Positions 1 through 9,662 are shown, counted from the first letter of the stretch. The stretch: 64,000 nt of DNA from Candidatus Bathyarchaeota archaeon (GCA_963706285.1 CAVPLU010000003.1:128001-192000); one strand, 5' to 3'. The notes: a model not told the origin generated them from the sequence alone. A program made the numbers and translations.

Positions 1-86
1 TGATTGAGTATGACCTTACGGATGACATCTTCGAGAATCCCAAGAACAAACTCACGGAGAACTACATAACAGGGAGGTTCGGTTAG
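1..86 (+). CDS. pstB: phosphate ABC transporter ATPase PstB, C-terminal fragment (partial)
   Basis: Frame from nt 3 reads IEYDLTDDIFENPKNKLTENYITGRFG*, the canonical PstB C-terminus; directly followed by phoU. Confidence 0.9.
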   Translation, partial: IEYDLTDDIFENPKNKLTENYITGRFG

Positions 87-88
87 AA

Positions 89-724
89 TTGTCGTACATT
101 CGTCCGCTCGATTCCGGACTGAACATGATGTCTGAGACTCTTCTTGAGATGGCTGGCCTCGCCGAGAGAACCGTCTCGGCCTCGATAACTGCTGCCGCGC
201 AAGGCGGAGAGCTTGGAACTCAAGTGCGCATGTGGTCCAGTGAGTTACAGGGTAAATATGATGATGTCGAAGAGAAGGCCGTTGAGTTGATCGCTAGGTA
301 TCAGCCCGTAGCTTCGGATCTCAGAGTCATCAAGTCAAGCATGAAGATCGCATACGATTTAGCCCGCCTCGGTCGATACGCATACGACATCGTCCAAGTT
401 CTCGATCTCGTCAATGGAGGGAAGGCAGCTGACAAACCATTTCTTGAGAAGATGTCCGAGAAAGTCCTCAAGATGATGAGGCTTAGCTTCGAGACGCTTA
501 GGACTCGCGATGTCCAAATGGCACGCAAGCTCATCGAGATGGACAACGAAGTTGACAGTCTCTATCGAGGCTACCTCAAAGGACTGATCGGCAACCCAAA
601 CTTGACGGCTGCTGAAGCAGTATCAACAGCACTGATAGCACGTCATCTTGAGAGAATTGCCGACCACGCCTGGTACATAGCCGAATCAGTAAGCTACATG
701 GTCACAGGCACATACATCGTATAG
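89..724 (+). CDS. phoU: phosphate signalling protein PhoU
   Basis: ARYQPVASDLR and RHLERIADHA motifs, two helical repeats; follows pstB. Confidence 0.93.
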   Translation: MSYIRPLDSGLNMMSETLLEMAGLAERTVSASITAAAQGGELGTQVRMWSSELQGKYDDVEEKAVELIARYQPVASDLRVIKSSMKIAYDLARLGRYAYDIVQVLDLVNGGKAADKPFLEKMSEKVLKMMRLSFETLRTRDVQMARKLIEMDNEVDSLYRGYLKGLIGNPNLTAAEAVSTALIARHLERIADHAWYIAESVSYMVTGTYIV

Positions 725-766
725 AACAACTAGATTCGCTGAGATTCTAGTCGAAGTTGGAGGGAG

Positions 767-2605
767 GTGAAGCAGGTGACGGCTCACGGTGATAGGGCTT
801 GGCTAGTGGACGCATCGTATGTTGCGGGACAAGTAACGCTCAACCTGATTGGAGAAAACAACCTCACGCCATTTCAGTGGAGTGATTCCAGCTTCCATCC
901 CTACTACCTAACCGAAGAGGATACGATTGGCGAACGGGTCACGAAGCTTGATCTCTTCACCCAAAACGAGCGGACACTCAACAAAGTGAATATTCCAAGC
1001 GCAAAGAAGAAGGTCATTGGATGGGAGTCAGATATCGATCCGGCACTCAGTTACGTTTACGATAGAGGACTTCGCTTCGGTGTGCTTCACCGCTTCGAAA
1101 ACGATGCTTGGGTGCCGCAGGCCTCGTTAGACGTTGACCAGTCTTCTCGTTTTGACGAGCTTTTCGGGGAAATCGAGGAGAAAGACCCGCTCAAGTATGC
1201 TTTGGTGAAGGAAGCGTATTCTTACACGAATCTGCCCGTTCCACAAATCAGCAAAGAGAAGCTCGGGCTTCCAGACGATGACGGGTCTGAGGAAGATTAC
1301 TACAACGCCATCCTACTCAGCCGTCTCGCGAATCTTCCCATAACCAGAACCTACAGGAACCATGCTGTATCTACATGGATTCGTTCAATGCTCAACACAT
1401 ACTATCGTACTCACAATATTCTCATTCCAAACTCCGAGGAACTCAAACTCGGCGACACGAGAAAATCTGTTACCGGAGCCCTAACGATAGCGCCAGAGTC
1501 AGGTACCTACTTCAACATGGTCGTCCTTGACTTCGAATCCCTATACCCCGGCTGCATCGATGTCTTCAACCTCTCATACGAAACAGTACGGTGCCCTCAT
1601 CCTGAATGCCAGCAGAACCAGGTTCCCGGCCTAGGCTACAACATCTGCAAGAAACGACGTGGAGTCTACTCCGTACTCATAGGAGCATTACGCGACCTTC
1701 GTCTACGAGTCTTCAAACCCCTCGCCAAAGATACAGCGGATAAGAAGATGAGGGCGGCTTCACGGATTCTCAAAACCTTCCTCGTCTCATGCTACGGCGT
1801 AACAATTCGCATTCACGGCCTAGCAAGCCCGCTCTTGGCAGAAGCAATCACCGCTTACGGGCGTTACGTCTTGCAAAGTACATGGGATATGGCTAAAGAA
1901 ATGGATCTTAGACCGCGCTATGGCGACACGGACTCCGTCTTCCTAGACAACCCCCACGAAGGAGTAGGGAAATACGTTCAATCGGTCAAGAAACGATTCA
2001 ACCTAGAGCTAGCATATGACCGAGTCTACTCAGTCTGTGTCCTAAGCTCGGCGAAGAAGGCATACTTCGGAATCCTACCGGACGGAGAACCGGAGATCAA
2101 AGGACTTTCAATCGCAAAATCGAACTCGCCCAAATTCTTCCAACAGACTTTCCAGGACTGTCTTGCCAAGCTCGCTGAGGGACGTCGATCCCGCCATGAT
2201 TTCGAACTCGTCAAACGTCAAGTGCCTGCTGTAGTGGAAGAAGCGATTCAAGAACTCCGACACGGAAAAGTCGCACTCCCCGACCTAGAGTACCAAGTCG
2301 AGCTGCGGGATGATCCTCGTGAGAAACTGAGGTCGAGCACTCTGCCTCAACCCTATCAGGCAGCATGGCTAATGCTTGAAGAAGGAAAGAAGATCGGAGC
2401 AGGAGAGACTGTGAGTTTCGTCAAAGTCCATCCATTCAGATTTCAAGGAAGACAGCTCACCGTCAAACCATCCACACAAGCTGATGTGCGAGAGATCAAC
2501 GTTGACGATTACGTTCGCAGCCTCTACTCCTCACTATCTCAGACTTTCCAGCCAATGGGAATCAACCTCGAAAAGACAGCGACGACGCTCTCAGAATTCA
2601 CGTAG
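767..2605 (+). CDS. family B DNA polymerase, PolB1-like, lacking a recognisable 3'-5' exonuclease domain
   Basis: Motifs DFESLYP, KTFLVSCYG, YGDTDS, KKAYFG and a SYETVRCPHPEC..C segment; only 612 aa with no ExoI-III motifs seen. Confidence 0.85.
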   Translation: MKQVTAHGDRAWLVDASYVAGQVTLNLIGENNLTPFQWSDSSFHPYYLTEEDTIGERVTKLDLFTQNERTLNKVNIPSAKKKVIGWESDIDPALSYVYDRGLRFGVLHRFENDAWVPQASLDVDQSSRFDELFGEIEEKDPLKYALVKEAYSYTNLPVPQISKEKLGLPDDDGSEEDYYNAILLSRLANLPITRTYRNHAVSTWIRSMLNTYYRTHNILIPNSEELKLGDTRKSVTGALTIAPESGTYFNMVVLDFESLYPGCIDVFNLSYETVRCPHPECQQNQVPGLGYNICKKRRGVYSVLIGALRDLRLRVFKPLAKDTADKKMRAASRILKTFLVSCYGVTIRIHGLASPLLAEAITAYGRYVLQSTWDMAKEMDLRPRYGDTDSVFLDNPHEGVGKYVQSVKKRFNLELAYDRVYSVCVLSSAKKAYFGILPDGEPEIKGLSIAKSNSPKFFQQTFQDCLAKLAEGRRSRHDFELVKRQVPAVVEEAIQELRHGKVALPDLEYQVELRDDPREKLRSSTLPQPYQAAWLMLEEGKKIGAGETVSFVKVHPFRFQGRQLTVKPSTQADVREINVDDYVRSLYSSLSQTFQPMGINLEKTATTLSEFT

Positions 2606-2701
2606 TGTAGTTACTAGTGACCACTGTCCCAGAATCTGTGTCAGGCGATTGCGTGCGACCTCAAACCTGAGTAACGCCCCATATCTTTAGATCAGAAGGA
2701 A

Positions 2702-2887
2702 TCATCTTAACACTCGCTTTTCTTTGATGTGTCTCTCCAATTCCATGAGCCTCTTGTGCTGTGCGAAGATCATCGAGAACAGCAACGGGGGCAGGCTCCC
2801 CAAGCTCGCGCGACTCAGACTTGAGGTGGAAGCCAGACGGGTTGGCATCTCACCCTCCGCGTACATCCGAGCGCTAGCTATTGTCAA
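2702..2887 (-). pseudogene. probable remnant of the small helical protein normally found with PolB2 operons (arCOG07300-like)
   Basis: ARMYA...PLLFSMIFAQHKRLMELE resembles the C-terminal half of that family from memory; N-terminus missing; converges on polB. Confidence 0.35.
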
Positions 2888-2913
2888 TTTGACCTAGGGG
2901 AGAGAAAACATGG

Positions 2914-2936
2914 GTGTATCACGCAGTGTGATACAC
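2914..2936. promoter_or_regulatory. perfect 9-bp inverted repeat (GTGTATCAC-gcagt-GTGATACAC), flanked by AATTTGACC direct repeats at 2886-2894 and 2941-2949
   Basis: Read directly from sequence; function inferred. Confidence 0.4.
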
Positions 2937-3010
2937 AGGGAATTTGACCGTGCGTCGGCTAGTGAGCCTCATAAGGTGGTAGAGGTGCTTGCCATACTAG
3001 GCGATGGAGA

Positions 3011-3343
3011 TTGAGCGAAGAGGTTTCATTTGAGGACTTCAAGCGGCTCGACATCCGAACAGGCGTCATTTCGAGCGTGGAGCGGGTCAAACGGACAGAG
3101 AAGCTATACAAGATCCTCGTGGATTTGGGCAGCTTTGGAACACGGCAGACGGTCTCAAGCCTTGTGGGATATTATGAGGCGGATGAGCTCGTCGGAAAGA
3201 AAGTCGTCTATCTAACGAACCTAAAGCAGGCGAAATTTGCTGGTGAGGTCTCGCAAGGGATGCTTCTGGCAGCCGAGCTAGATGGCAAGCTTGCACTTCT
3301 TACGACTGATCGTGAGATTCAGCTGGGTGCACGGGTCACCTAG
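3011..3343 (+). CDS. tRNA-binding OB-fold protein (Trbp111/CsaA/MetRS C-terminal domain)
   Basis: FEDFKRLDIRTG, KLYKILVDLG, NLKQAKFAGEVSQGMLL motifs. Confidence 0.9.
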   Translation: MSEEVSFEDFKRLDIRTGVISSVERVKRTEKLYKILVDLGSFGTRQTVSSLVGYYEADELVGKKVVYLTNLKQAKFAGEVSQGMLLAAELDGKLALLTTDREIQLGARVT

Positions 3344-3443
3344 CCTTTATAAGGTGACGCCTACGGCGGACATTCAAACCTTTTAATTATTACACCCAGT
3401 GCACTAGTGCGGTCTCTGGAGACGAGCCCAAGAAGGTTTACCA

Positions 3444-3812
3444 ATGCCAAGGAAAGGTCCCACTGAACAGGACGTACTTCGCATAGTCATGGACAGAGGA
3501 AACGAAGGAATCCTTCAATCTGCGCTCTGGAGAGAAATGAAAGCGGACAGCAGAGAAGGCTCAAGAGCGATACTTCGGCTGGAACGCAAAGGGCTGATTG
3601 AAAGGAAGCGGGAACTGAATACTGGGCGGTGGACCTATCGAGTTTTTGCCAGGCGCAAGTACTCAAGCATAGACTCCATAATCGACGTTCCCTGTTCTTT
3701 CTGCGACATCGAACCTAGATGCGCCCAAGAGGGCGCTGAGAACCCGGCAACATGCGGTAAGATCAACCAATGGATATTCGCCTCAGTGGGCGGATCGACT
3801 GCCGGAAGATAG
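3444..3812 (+). CDS. TFE beta subunit / RPC34 homolog (wHTH plus Cys cluster)
   Basis: GILQSALWR...DSREGSRAILRLERKGLI winged helix and C-terminal PCxxCxxxxxC...C..W cluster. Confidence 0.75.
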   Translation: MPRKGPTEQDVLRIVMDRGNEGILQSALWREMKADSREGSRAILRLERKGLIERKRELNTGRWTYRVFARRKYSSIDSIIDVPCSFCDIEPRCAQEGAENPATCGKINQWIFASVGGSTAGR

Positions 3813-4471
3813 TCTTGTCAAATCAATGGCTCCAGAAACGTCGCAGAGATCAATTCTACAAGCTCGCCAAGGCGAGGGGTTACAGGAGCCGAGCTAGTTT
3901 CAAGCTTCTGCAAACGAACCGAAGTTACAGATTCATCAATCATGGACAAAATGTCGTCGATCTCGGCGCTGCTCCGGGTGGTTGGCTTCAAATCGCGCGG
4001 GAAGCTGTTGGTGAATCAGGATTCGTCCTCGGAGTGGACAAACAAGAGATCGCGCCGCTGCCTCAGCGCAATGTCGTCACTATAATGGGGGATGTCGAAG
4101 TTCTATCCCTCACAGATATCATACGCGAGAGAATGCCTGGTCCGGTCGATGTCGTGCTCTCTGACGTCTCACCTAATCTTACGGGCTCTTGGGACACAGA
4201 TCATGCCCGCCAGATCTACTTGGCAAACCAATCACTCGAGATCGCACGACGCATCTTGCGCAAAGGCGGAGCGTTCTTCGTCAAAACATTTCACGGGCCA
4301 GACCTTCAGGAATTCAGGTCGAACCTTCAGCGTTCCTTTCAGATAATTAGGATTGTGAAGCCTCCCGCGAGCAGAAACGATAGTTCAGAAGTATACTTCT
4401 TAGGACTCAACTACGTTGGCGAGAGGGAACTGAGACCATTGCCGAAGGAACAACTTGATCCGTCTCATTGA
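3770..4471 (+). CDS. rlmE: 23S rRNA Um2552 methyltransferase RlmE/FtsJ (true start probably TTG near 3815)
   Basis: AKARGYRSRASFKL, VDLGAAPGGW, VVLSD, KPPASR..SSEVY motifs. Confidence 0.93.
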   Translation: MDIRLSGRIDCRKIVLSNQWLQKRRRDQFYKLAKARGYRSRASFKLLQTNRSYRFINHGQNVVDLGAAPGGWLQIAREAVGESGFVLGVDKQEIAPLPQRNVVTIMGDVEVLSLTDIIRERMPGPVDVVLSDVSPNLTGSWDTDHARQIYLANQSLEIARRILRKGGAFFVKTFHGPDLQEFRSNLQRSFQIIRIVKPPASRNDSSEVYFLGLNYVGERELRPLPKEQLDPSH

Positions 4472-5016
4472 AGAGAATGTCGCAAGCACGTTGCGAAACG
4501 TTCTACCAGAATATCAGGCAAAGAGTCCCTGTTCAGAGGCGTCACCTCGATCACCTCGATGCTCGGGCTTGATCTGATTCTTCGAACCAGCGAGTCCTGT
4601 GCGTTCCGATGTACAGTTCCCAACAAGGACTTGCCAGATGTTAGAGCAGCTTGAACAGCATCCTTGAACCGAGAGGAAGTCAACTCCATAGGACCGACCT
4701 CATCAACTATGATGAGCTCCGCGCTCTTTATCGCGGAAACTATCGCTTCAGCACCTATCCTGTCCAGATCCTCGCTCTTCACCCGATATTTGCCAACCCG
4801 TGGCCCAGATGGTTGGTTGACGTGAGCAAGCACTCCTGCTTCCCCAGTCAGTAGATTTCGTATCTCGAACCCGACGCGGCCTGCACCAGACCTTAGATCG
4901 CCAGAGGTCATTCCACCAACCTTGAAACCGCCTCGCTGGATCTTTTCTGCGGTTTTCTTCACTGCGGTGCTCTTGCCGACGCCGGGGACACCCGTAAGGA
5001 ACAAGCGAAGGCTCAA
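4465..5016 (-). CDS. THEP1-family nucleoside triphosphatase
   Basis: TGVPGVGKS Walker A, RVGF, IIVDEVGPMEL. Confidence 0.9.
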   Translation of the reverse strand: MSLRLFLTGVPGVGKSTAVKKTAEKIQRGGFKVGGMTSGDLRSGAGRVGFEIRNLLTGEAGVLAHVNQPSGPRVGKYRVKSEDLDRIGAEAIVSAIKSAELIIVDEVGPMELTSSRFKDAVQAALTSGKSLLGTVHRNAQDSLVRRIRSSPSIEVIEVTPLNRDSLPDILVERFATCLRHSLQ

Positions 5017-5043
5017 CGGCTTTCAATCCACGCTACACGTTAC

Positions 5044-5799
5044 ATGTCAGCTCCTGGACAGGGAAGCTATAACTGGTTTGACGCGTCAAGTGAAGGAATC
5101 AACCATGCTGTGACCAGTATGGGCAGAAGCATAGCCGGAGTGGATGACGCTGGAAGAGGCCCGATAATTGGGCCCCTCGTTATTGCAGGTGTGCTGATCG
5201 ACGAGGACAAGATACGAGAACTTGTCTCAATTGGCGTGAAAGATTCCAAGCTCCTGACACCAAAACAACGATCTGATCTGGCCGAGAAGATACAGAGAAT
5301 CGCGTCGAAGATCTCATACGACCAACTCTCGCCAGCAGAAATCGATGAAGTTGTCCTGAAGGGTAAGAAGCTCCAGAAGTTGAACTTTCTTGAGGCGAAA
5401 TCCATGGCGAAGGTGATTGCAGATCTTAGGCCGGAAGCAGTGTGGGTCGATGCCTCAGACGTGAAGCCGGAGCGCTATGCCCGCCACATTCTCGACGAAT
5501 TACCTCCAGATCTGAGGAGAATTGTGTTGATATCGGAACACAAAGCAGACAGGAAGTATCCGATAGTCTCCGCCGCCAGCATTATGGCCAAGGTGAAACG
5601 CGACGGTGAAATCTCAAAACTGTGGGAAGAATACGGCAAATTCGGGTCGGGATATGTCTCAGACCCTGACACGATAAGATTTCTCAAAGAGTGGCGACGG
5701 AAGCACGTCGATTACCCGTCCATGGTCAGGAGGTCTTGGAAGACGATAAAAGAGATCGAATCAGATTTGGTCCAGACTAGGTTGACGGCGGAGAAGTAG
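5044..5799 (+). CDS. rnhB: ribonuclease HII (start probably ATG ~5119)
   Basis: GVDDAGRGP, GVKDSKLL, HKAD, SAASIMAKVKRD, GSGY..DP. Confidence 0.93.
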   Translation: MSAPGQGSYNWFDASSEGINHAVTSMGRSIAGVDDAGRGPIIGPLVIAGVLIDEDKIRELVSIGVKDSKLLTPKQRSDLAEKIQRIASKISYDQLSPAEIDEVVLKGKKLQKLNFLEAKSMAKVIADLRPEAVWVDASDVKPERYARHILDELPPDLRRIVLISEHKADRKYPIVSAASIMAKVKRDGEISKLWEEYGKFGSGYVSDPDTIRFLKEWRRKHVDYPSMVRRSWKTIKEIESDLVQTRLTAEK

Positions 5800-5864
5800 G
5801 TCCCTCTTCGCTTTTCCGCGTTGGAAAGCCTCAAATTCGGACATCCATCTTGTGTTGCATTGAG

Positions 5865-6066
5865 TTGGGACTTGTGGTATCCTTATTGCCTCTTCTCTAT
5901 CTGGCCGGAATTGTTGCGGTCGTCATGATGTGGCGCGGAATCTGGGGACTCAGATCTCTATTTATGGCCAAAGAACCCTAAACTGAGCTACTGGGTATCA
6001 TTCGTGGCGGGTCTGATTGTTATCGCGATAATCGTCTTACTGCTTGATGTTAGAGTGCAAGTCTAG
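5865..6066 (+). pseudogene. small two-helix membrane protein, frameshifted near 5952
   Basis: Reads AGIVAVVMMWRGIWGL, then in a shifted frame DLYLWPKNPKLSYWVSFVAGLIVIAIIVLLL; WRGIWGL.DLYL.P is a recognisable small membrane protein motif. Start uncertain. Confidence 0.5.
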
Positions 6067-6421
6067 CAGACACGCTATTGCGCTGTGGATACTGGTGAAG
6101 ATCACTGGTTCTCTCTTTTTGCAACGACCATTGCGTGATTAGTGCTGCAATGCAAGAATAGTGGTCTCGCTCTCCTATCGGCCGGAGGCTAGCGTACAAC
6201 CTCACCAAAGACAAGACATGAGAAAGATAGAAAGAAAATTGGAGGAAGACGGGGCTACCTGTAGGCTCTTGATGAGTGGTTTTTGCGTTTTTGGGGTCAA
6301 AATGAGGTGTTCTCGCTTGTCTGTACGTTAAGGTATTCCCCAAAGGTGTGGGTGTTTTGTTGTGTTTTCCCGAAGGCCTGTTCTCTACTGGTAGTATCGT
6401 AAGTCTTAACCTGAAGTCGTC

Positions 6422-6616
6422 ATGCGTTTCTATTGTGGAATTTTGACCGTACAGGATCAGTTTCGCTGTTGTAGGCGGCCACTTTACGAGCTTGTGCCGA
6501 AATCGCGGTTGGAGCTTGCGCAGGATCAGTTTCACAGGGCATTCCATGAACCTGTCACTGAAACCTGGCGCTGTAGCAGTTGTGGCACTGTAGTAGTTAT
6601 GCCAAGGACGACTTGA
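6422..6616 (+). CDS. zinc-ribbon microprotein
   Basis: RCC...WRCSSCG. Confidence 0.45.
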   Translation: MRFYCGILTVQDQFRCCRRPLYELVPKSRLELAQDQFHRAFHEPVTETWRCSSCGTVVVMPRTT

Positions 6617-6741
6617 AGATCAAGCGACTGCCCGAAAGTGGGTAGAGGTCATGCATCAACAAGTGAAGCCCCGCAGGGCTCAGCCGAGCGATCCGACAAT
6701 CCCTGATCCAAAGGGGCGAGTAGTGTCGTAATTGCTTTAAG

Positions 6742-6900
6742 ATGAAGGACTCCTGTCTTGGATTCGTGGGTCAATCGTTGTCTTTCGAGATTACCATTTG
6801 TCCGTACTGTAATGTGGTGAATGAAGGTCAGGCAAGATACTGCGACCAATGCGGTTTGCCATTAACAGCGAAGGAATCCGAGTCTCCCACGGTCGAGTGA
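6742..6900 (+). CDS. zinc-ribbon microprotein (not in ORF track; start may be TTG 6778)
   Basis: Manual translation MKDSCLGFVGQSLSFEITICPYCNVVNEGQARYCDQCGLPLTAKESESPTVE*. Confidence 0.7.
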   Translation: MKDSCLGFVGQSLSFEITICPYCNVVNEGQARYCDQCGLPLTAKESESPTVE

Positions 6901-6988
6901 CCCGACACGGTATAGTAACAGCTCCGGTTTGATTATCAAAAAGGAATCAAACCATATTCAGTGGAGGCGGCTCAAAGGAAGAGACAGT

Positions 6989-7117
6989 TTAGAACCAAAG
7001 TTTTTGGCAGACGCTGCAGTACCAGTTGCCGCGGCGACGTTCATGTCGCGTAAGCGTGTTACATCGGGTGCAGAATTGGATCCGCGTCAGCTGAATCGCA
7101 GACCACGTCTCAGCCAA
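6989..7117 (-). CDS. zinc-ribbon microprotein, 42 aa (not in ORF track)
   Basis: Manual translation from TTG: MAETWSAIQLTRIQFCTRCNTLTRHERRRGNWYCSVCQKLWF*. Confidence 0.65.
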   Translation of the reverse strand: MAETWSAIQLTRIQFCTRCNTLTRHERRRGNWYCSVCQKLWF

Positions 7118-7594
7118 CTCGATCGCCTTCGATTAGTTCGCAAGGTTGATCTTCATAACCAGCTTGGTTTAGTTCTGAAAAGAGGCAGTCGACGCAATTG
7201 ACGAATTGATTCACTCCGCCAAGCCACTGTTTGCTATGTTATGGCTTGACGAGCAGGTGCAGCTTGCCAGTAACTTATCCTTGGCCAAGTAGGAACAGTC
7301 GTCCAGTCGAAGATGGTCGCCTTTTCTCTCGGAAGTTTGGGCATCCGCGGCGTGGACTTCCAACTTCAAGCTTCGGGAAAACAAATCCCAGAATGTCCTG
7401 TGCTCACCCTGTCGATCTTCAGCCGAAGGCGCAAGCACTAGCGCTTCGAAGATTAACGGCACAGTCTAAGCACACAAAGAAACGCAAGTACTAGGAGCCT
7501 ACTTGAGCTTCGAGCAGCAAAGGCTGCTATTTCTTATAGGTGTGGATACGAAACGTCTTGATTGAGACGCTTTGGTTAAGCGTGGCGATTTAGG

Positions 7595-7894
7595 ATGGCA
7601 TATCCGTATATGATCTGTGGGCGATGCGGCGGCCAGTTGATGTCAAGTGGTCCAGGTGTTGCTTACTGTCAATCTTGTAGGCAGCAATACTTTATGGCTC
7701 CGGCTCAAGCGAGCTGGGAAGGGATGCAGGGGTCGCATGTGGACGCGCAGCATAGTCCTTACGTCGGTGAACACTGGCAAGGCAAGCACATCTACGAGAA
7801 CTGTCGGTACTGTTTCCAGCGGCTAGTTGCCACACAAGATCCGCGCATAAACTATTGTCCACAATGCGGTAGATACCAGCCGCACCGCGTCTAG
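7595..7894 (+). CDS. double zinc-ribbon protein
   Basis: CGRC, CQSC, CRYC, CPQC pairs; TTATAG TATA-like box upstream. Confidence 0.7.
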   Translation: MAYPYMICGRCGGQLMSSGPGVAYCQSCRQQYFMAPAQASWEGMQGSHVDAQHSPYVGEHWQGKHIYENCRYCFQRLVATQDPRINYCPQCGRYQPHRV

Positions 7895-8143
7895 GTGAAT
7901 GCTGCGAGCATCGTTTGGTTGGGGATCACGATGATCAGTGGTAAGTGTTGCATGTCCTGTGGACAGTTGAATGAGCTCGAGAGCAACTACTGCATCTTAT
8001 GCGGATCATCATTCGCCGTTCTGATGGAGGATATTTGCGTGTACTGTTATCCTGAAGTCGAACTCATTGAGCCAGATTATCCAGAAGCGGTCTTCCCTAA
8101 CCCAGCGGACTATCCTGAAGCGGTATTTGCGACAATTCTGTGA
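7895..8143 (+). CDS. zinc-ribbon protein with YPE repeat tail (start probably ATG ~7930)
   Basis: CMSCG...YCILCG, extra CVYC, three YPE[VA] repeats. Confidence 0.65.
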   Translation: MNAASIVWLGITMISGKCCMSCGQLNELESNYCILCGSSFAVLMEDICVYCYPEVELIEPDYPEAVFPNPADYPEAVFATIL

Positions 8144-8301
8144 CGAGAAGCGCGGCGCTGCGTCCTCAAGACTCAGGAGCGATAGTGGCGTCCATCATAA
8201 CGGCACTTGAGTTCGCAGTTACCTATTTGGCTGAGGGTAGAGCGCCCGCATAGGCAAACTCATATCTTGAATCGACTGACTGAATCAAGGTGAAATAGGA
8301 T

Positions 8302-8451
8302 ATGGTGAAGAAAGTCAAGATTCAATGTGACTTTTGCAAAGGCAAATGCTGGTACTGGGATCTTGAATATCGAACGAGGAAGAAGTTCAAAGCTGAATGT
8401 TGGCAATGCGGCGGAAAAGGCTACGTTCTAGCGACAAGCTATCAACAATAA
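8302..8451 (+). CDS. DnaJ-type zinc-finger microprotein, 49 aa (not in ORF track)
   Basis: MVKKVKIQCDFCKGKCWYWDLEYRTRKKFKAECWQCGGKGYVLATSYQQ*; GGTGA SD-like motif upstream. Confidence 0.7.
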   Translation: MVKKVKIQCDFCKGKCWYWDLEYRTRKKFKAECWQCGGKGYVLATSYQQ

Positions 8452-8814
8452 GACATCAATAGACACACGATCAATTTTGTTGAACCAGTCTTTCGTGCTT
8501 CACAGTTTCTGCCTCAGCTGCAGTGAGTGCACTCGTGAAGGAAGGATAGTCGTCGAAGGCTCCACGACGAAACCTCGCGACTAAGGCGAATGAATCAGAG
8601 GAGTAGCATGGTCTATATGCCATGCGAAGTTTTTGAAGAAGTTTGGCCTTGAATCTCATGACTGGAAAACTCAATAACGGCGTGCTAGATGTGACGAATG
8701 GATACCTTTGGCGTTCGAAACTTATCCTGCCTACAAAGCGAAACAGCAGAGAAGTTGGGAATAGACTAGACTCCGCGCTTATGACTTGACCGACAGAATG
8801 CAGGTTGGTACAAC

Positions 8815-8922
8815 ATGAATTTGATGCGGCTTCTGCGTGGGTTCCTGAAATCACTATTCTTCTGGTTGTTGCTTTGGACTGTACTGATACTCTTCTTTCT
8901 CTATCTCAGCAGCAAATTCTAG
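8815..8922 (+). CDS. single-pass membrane micropeptide, 35 aa (not in ORF track)
   Basis: MNLMRLLRGFLKSLFFWLLLWTVLILFFLYLSSKF*. Confidence 0.45.
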   Translation: MNLMRLLRGFLKSLFFWLLLWTVLILFFLYLSSKF

Positions 8923-8994
8923 GCCGAGGCGCTCGTGTTGCGCTGCTGCCCTCGCTCAGGATCTAAGGCAAGAGGGAAATACCGGCTGCTTTGA

Positions 8995-9252
8995 TTGTGG
9001 CGCTTTGATGCTAGGATGCCAGCGTTTAGAGAGTCTAGATCAAGATCATTAGTGAAGTCTTTGCTTTACCGAATCGTGTCAATTGCTGGGACTAGTATTT
9101 TGACTTGGATTGTTACAAGAGATGTTGCACAGACAATCTCGATTACGATATACATCCAAGTGTTCCTGGCGATTCTATACTATTCCTTTGAGAGAATATG
9201 GGACAGAATCAATTGGGGAAGAAGAACCGAATTAATTGGGGTGGGAGACTGA
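8995..9252 (+). CDS. DUF2061-type small membrane protein (start probably ATG 9016)
   Basis: ESRSRSLVKSLLYR ... LYYSFERIWDRINWG signature. Confidence 0.8.
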   Translation: MWRFDARMPAFRESRSRSLVKSLLYRIVSIAGTSILTWIVTRDVAQTISITIYIQVFLAILYYSFERIWDRINWGRRTELIGVGD

Positions 9253-9662
9253 CTCTTCTGGCACGGCCAGTTGAACCCCAACACCTGCTGTGCTTCGGCG
9301 TGACCGCGCATACATGCCTCTCTTATCGAAATTGTTGGTTGACGGCTGCGAGCGTCAGGGAAGGCCGCAGACGAGCGTAGCGAGGGCATGTCGCCAACCA
9401 GTATGAGATAACCGAAGCTTGTCCAAGATTCGTAAGGTGTTGGTTTCACTTTGCTTTGTCCCTACTGTTGGGAGCCCGTCAAATATCCACGCGGCGAATC
9501 TCGTATCTTCCACACATGCGGCCACTACCTTGCACTACTCAAACCAGGAGCAGCCTACGAGGAAATCTAGCAGATCCTAGGCGGGATTGTTACGCTTACG
9601 TGTCAGATGGTTCAGCTGCCGCCCTCTATGAGGTTTATCCATCATAGCATAGTTCTCGACTC

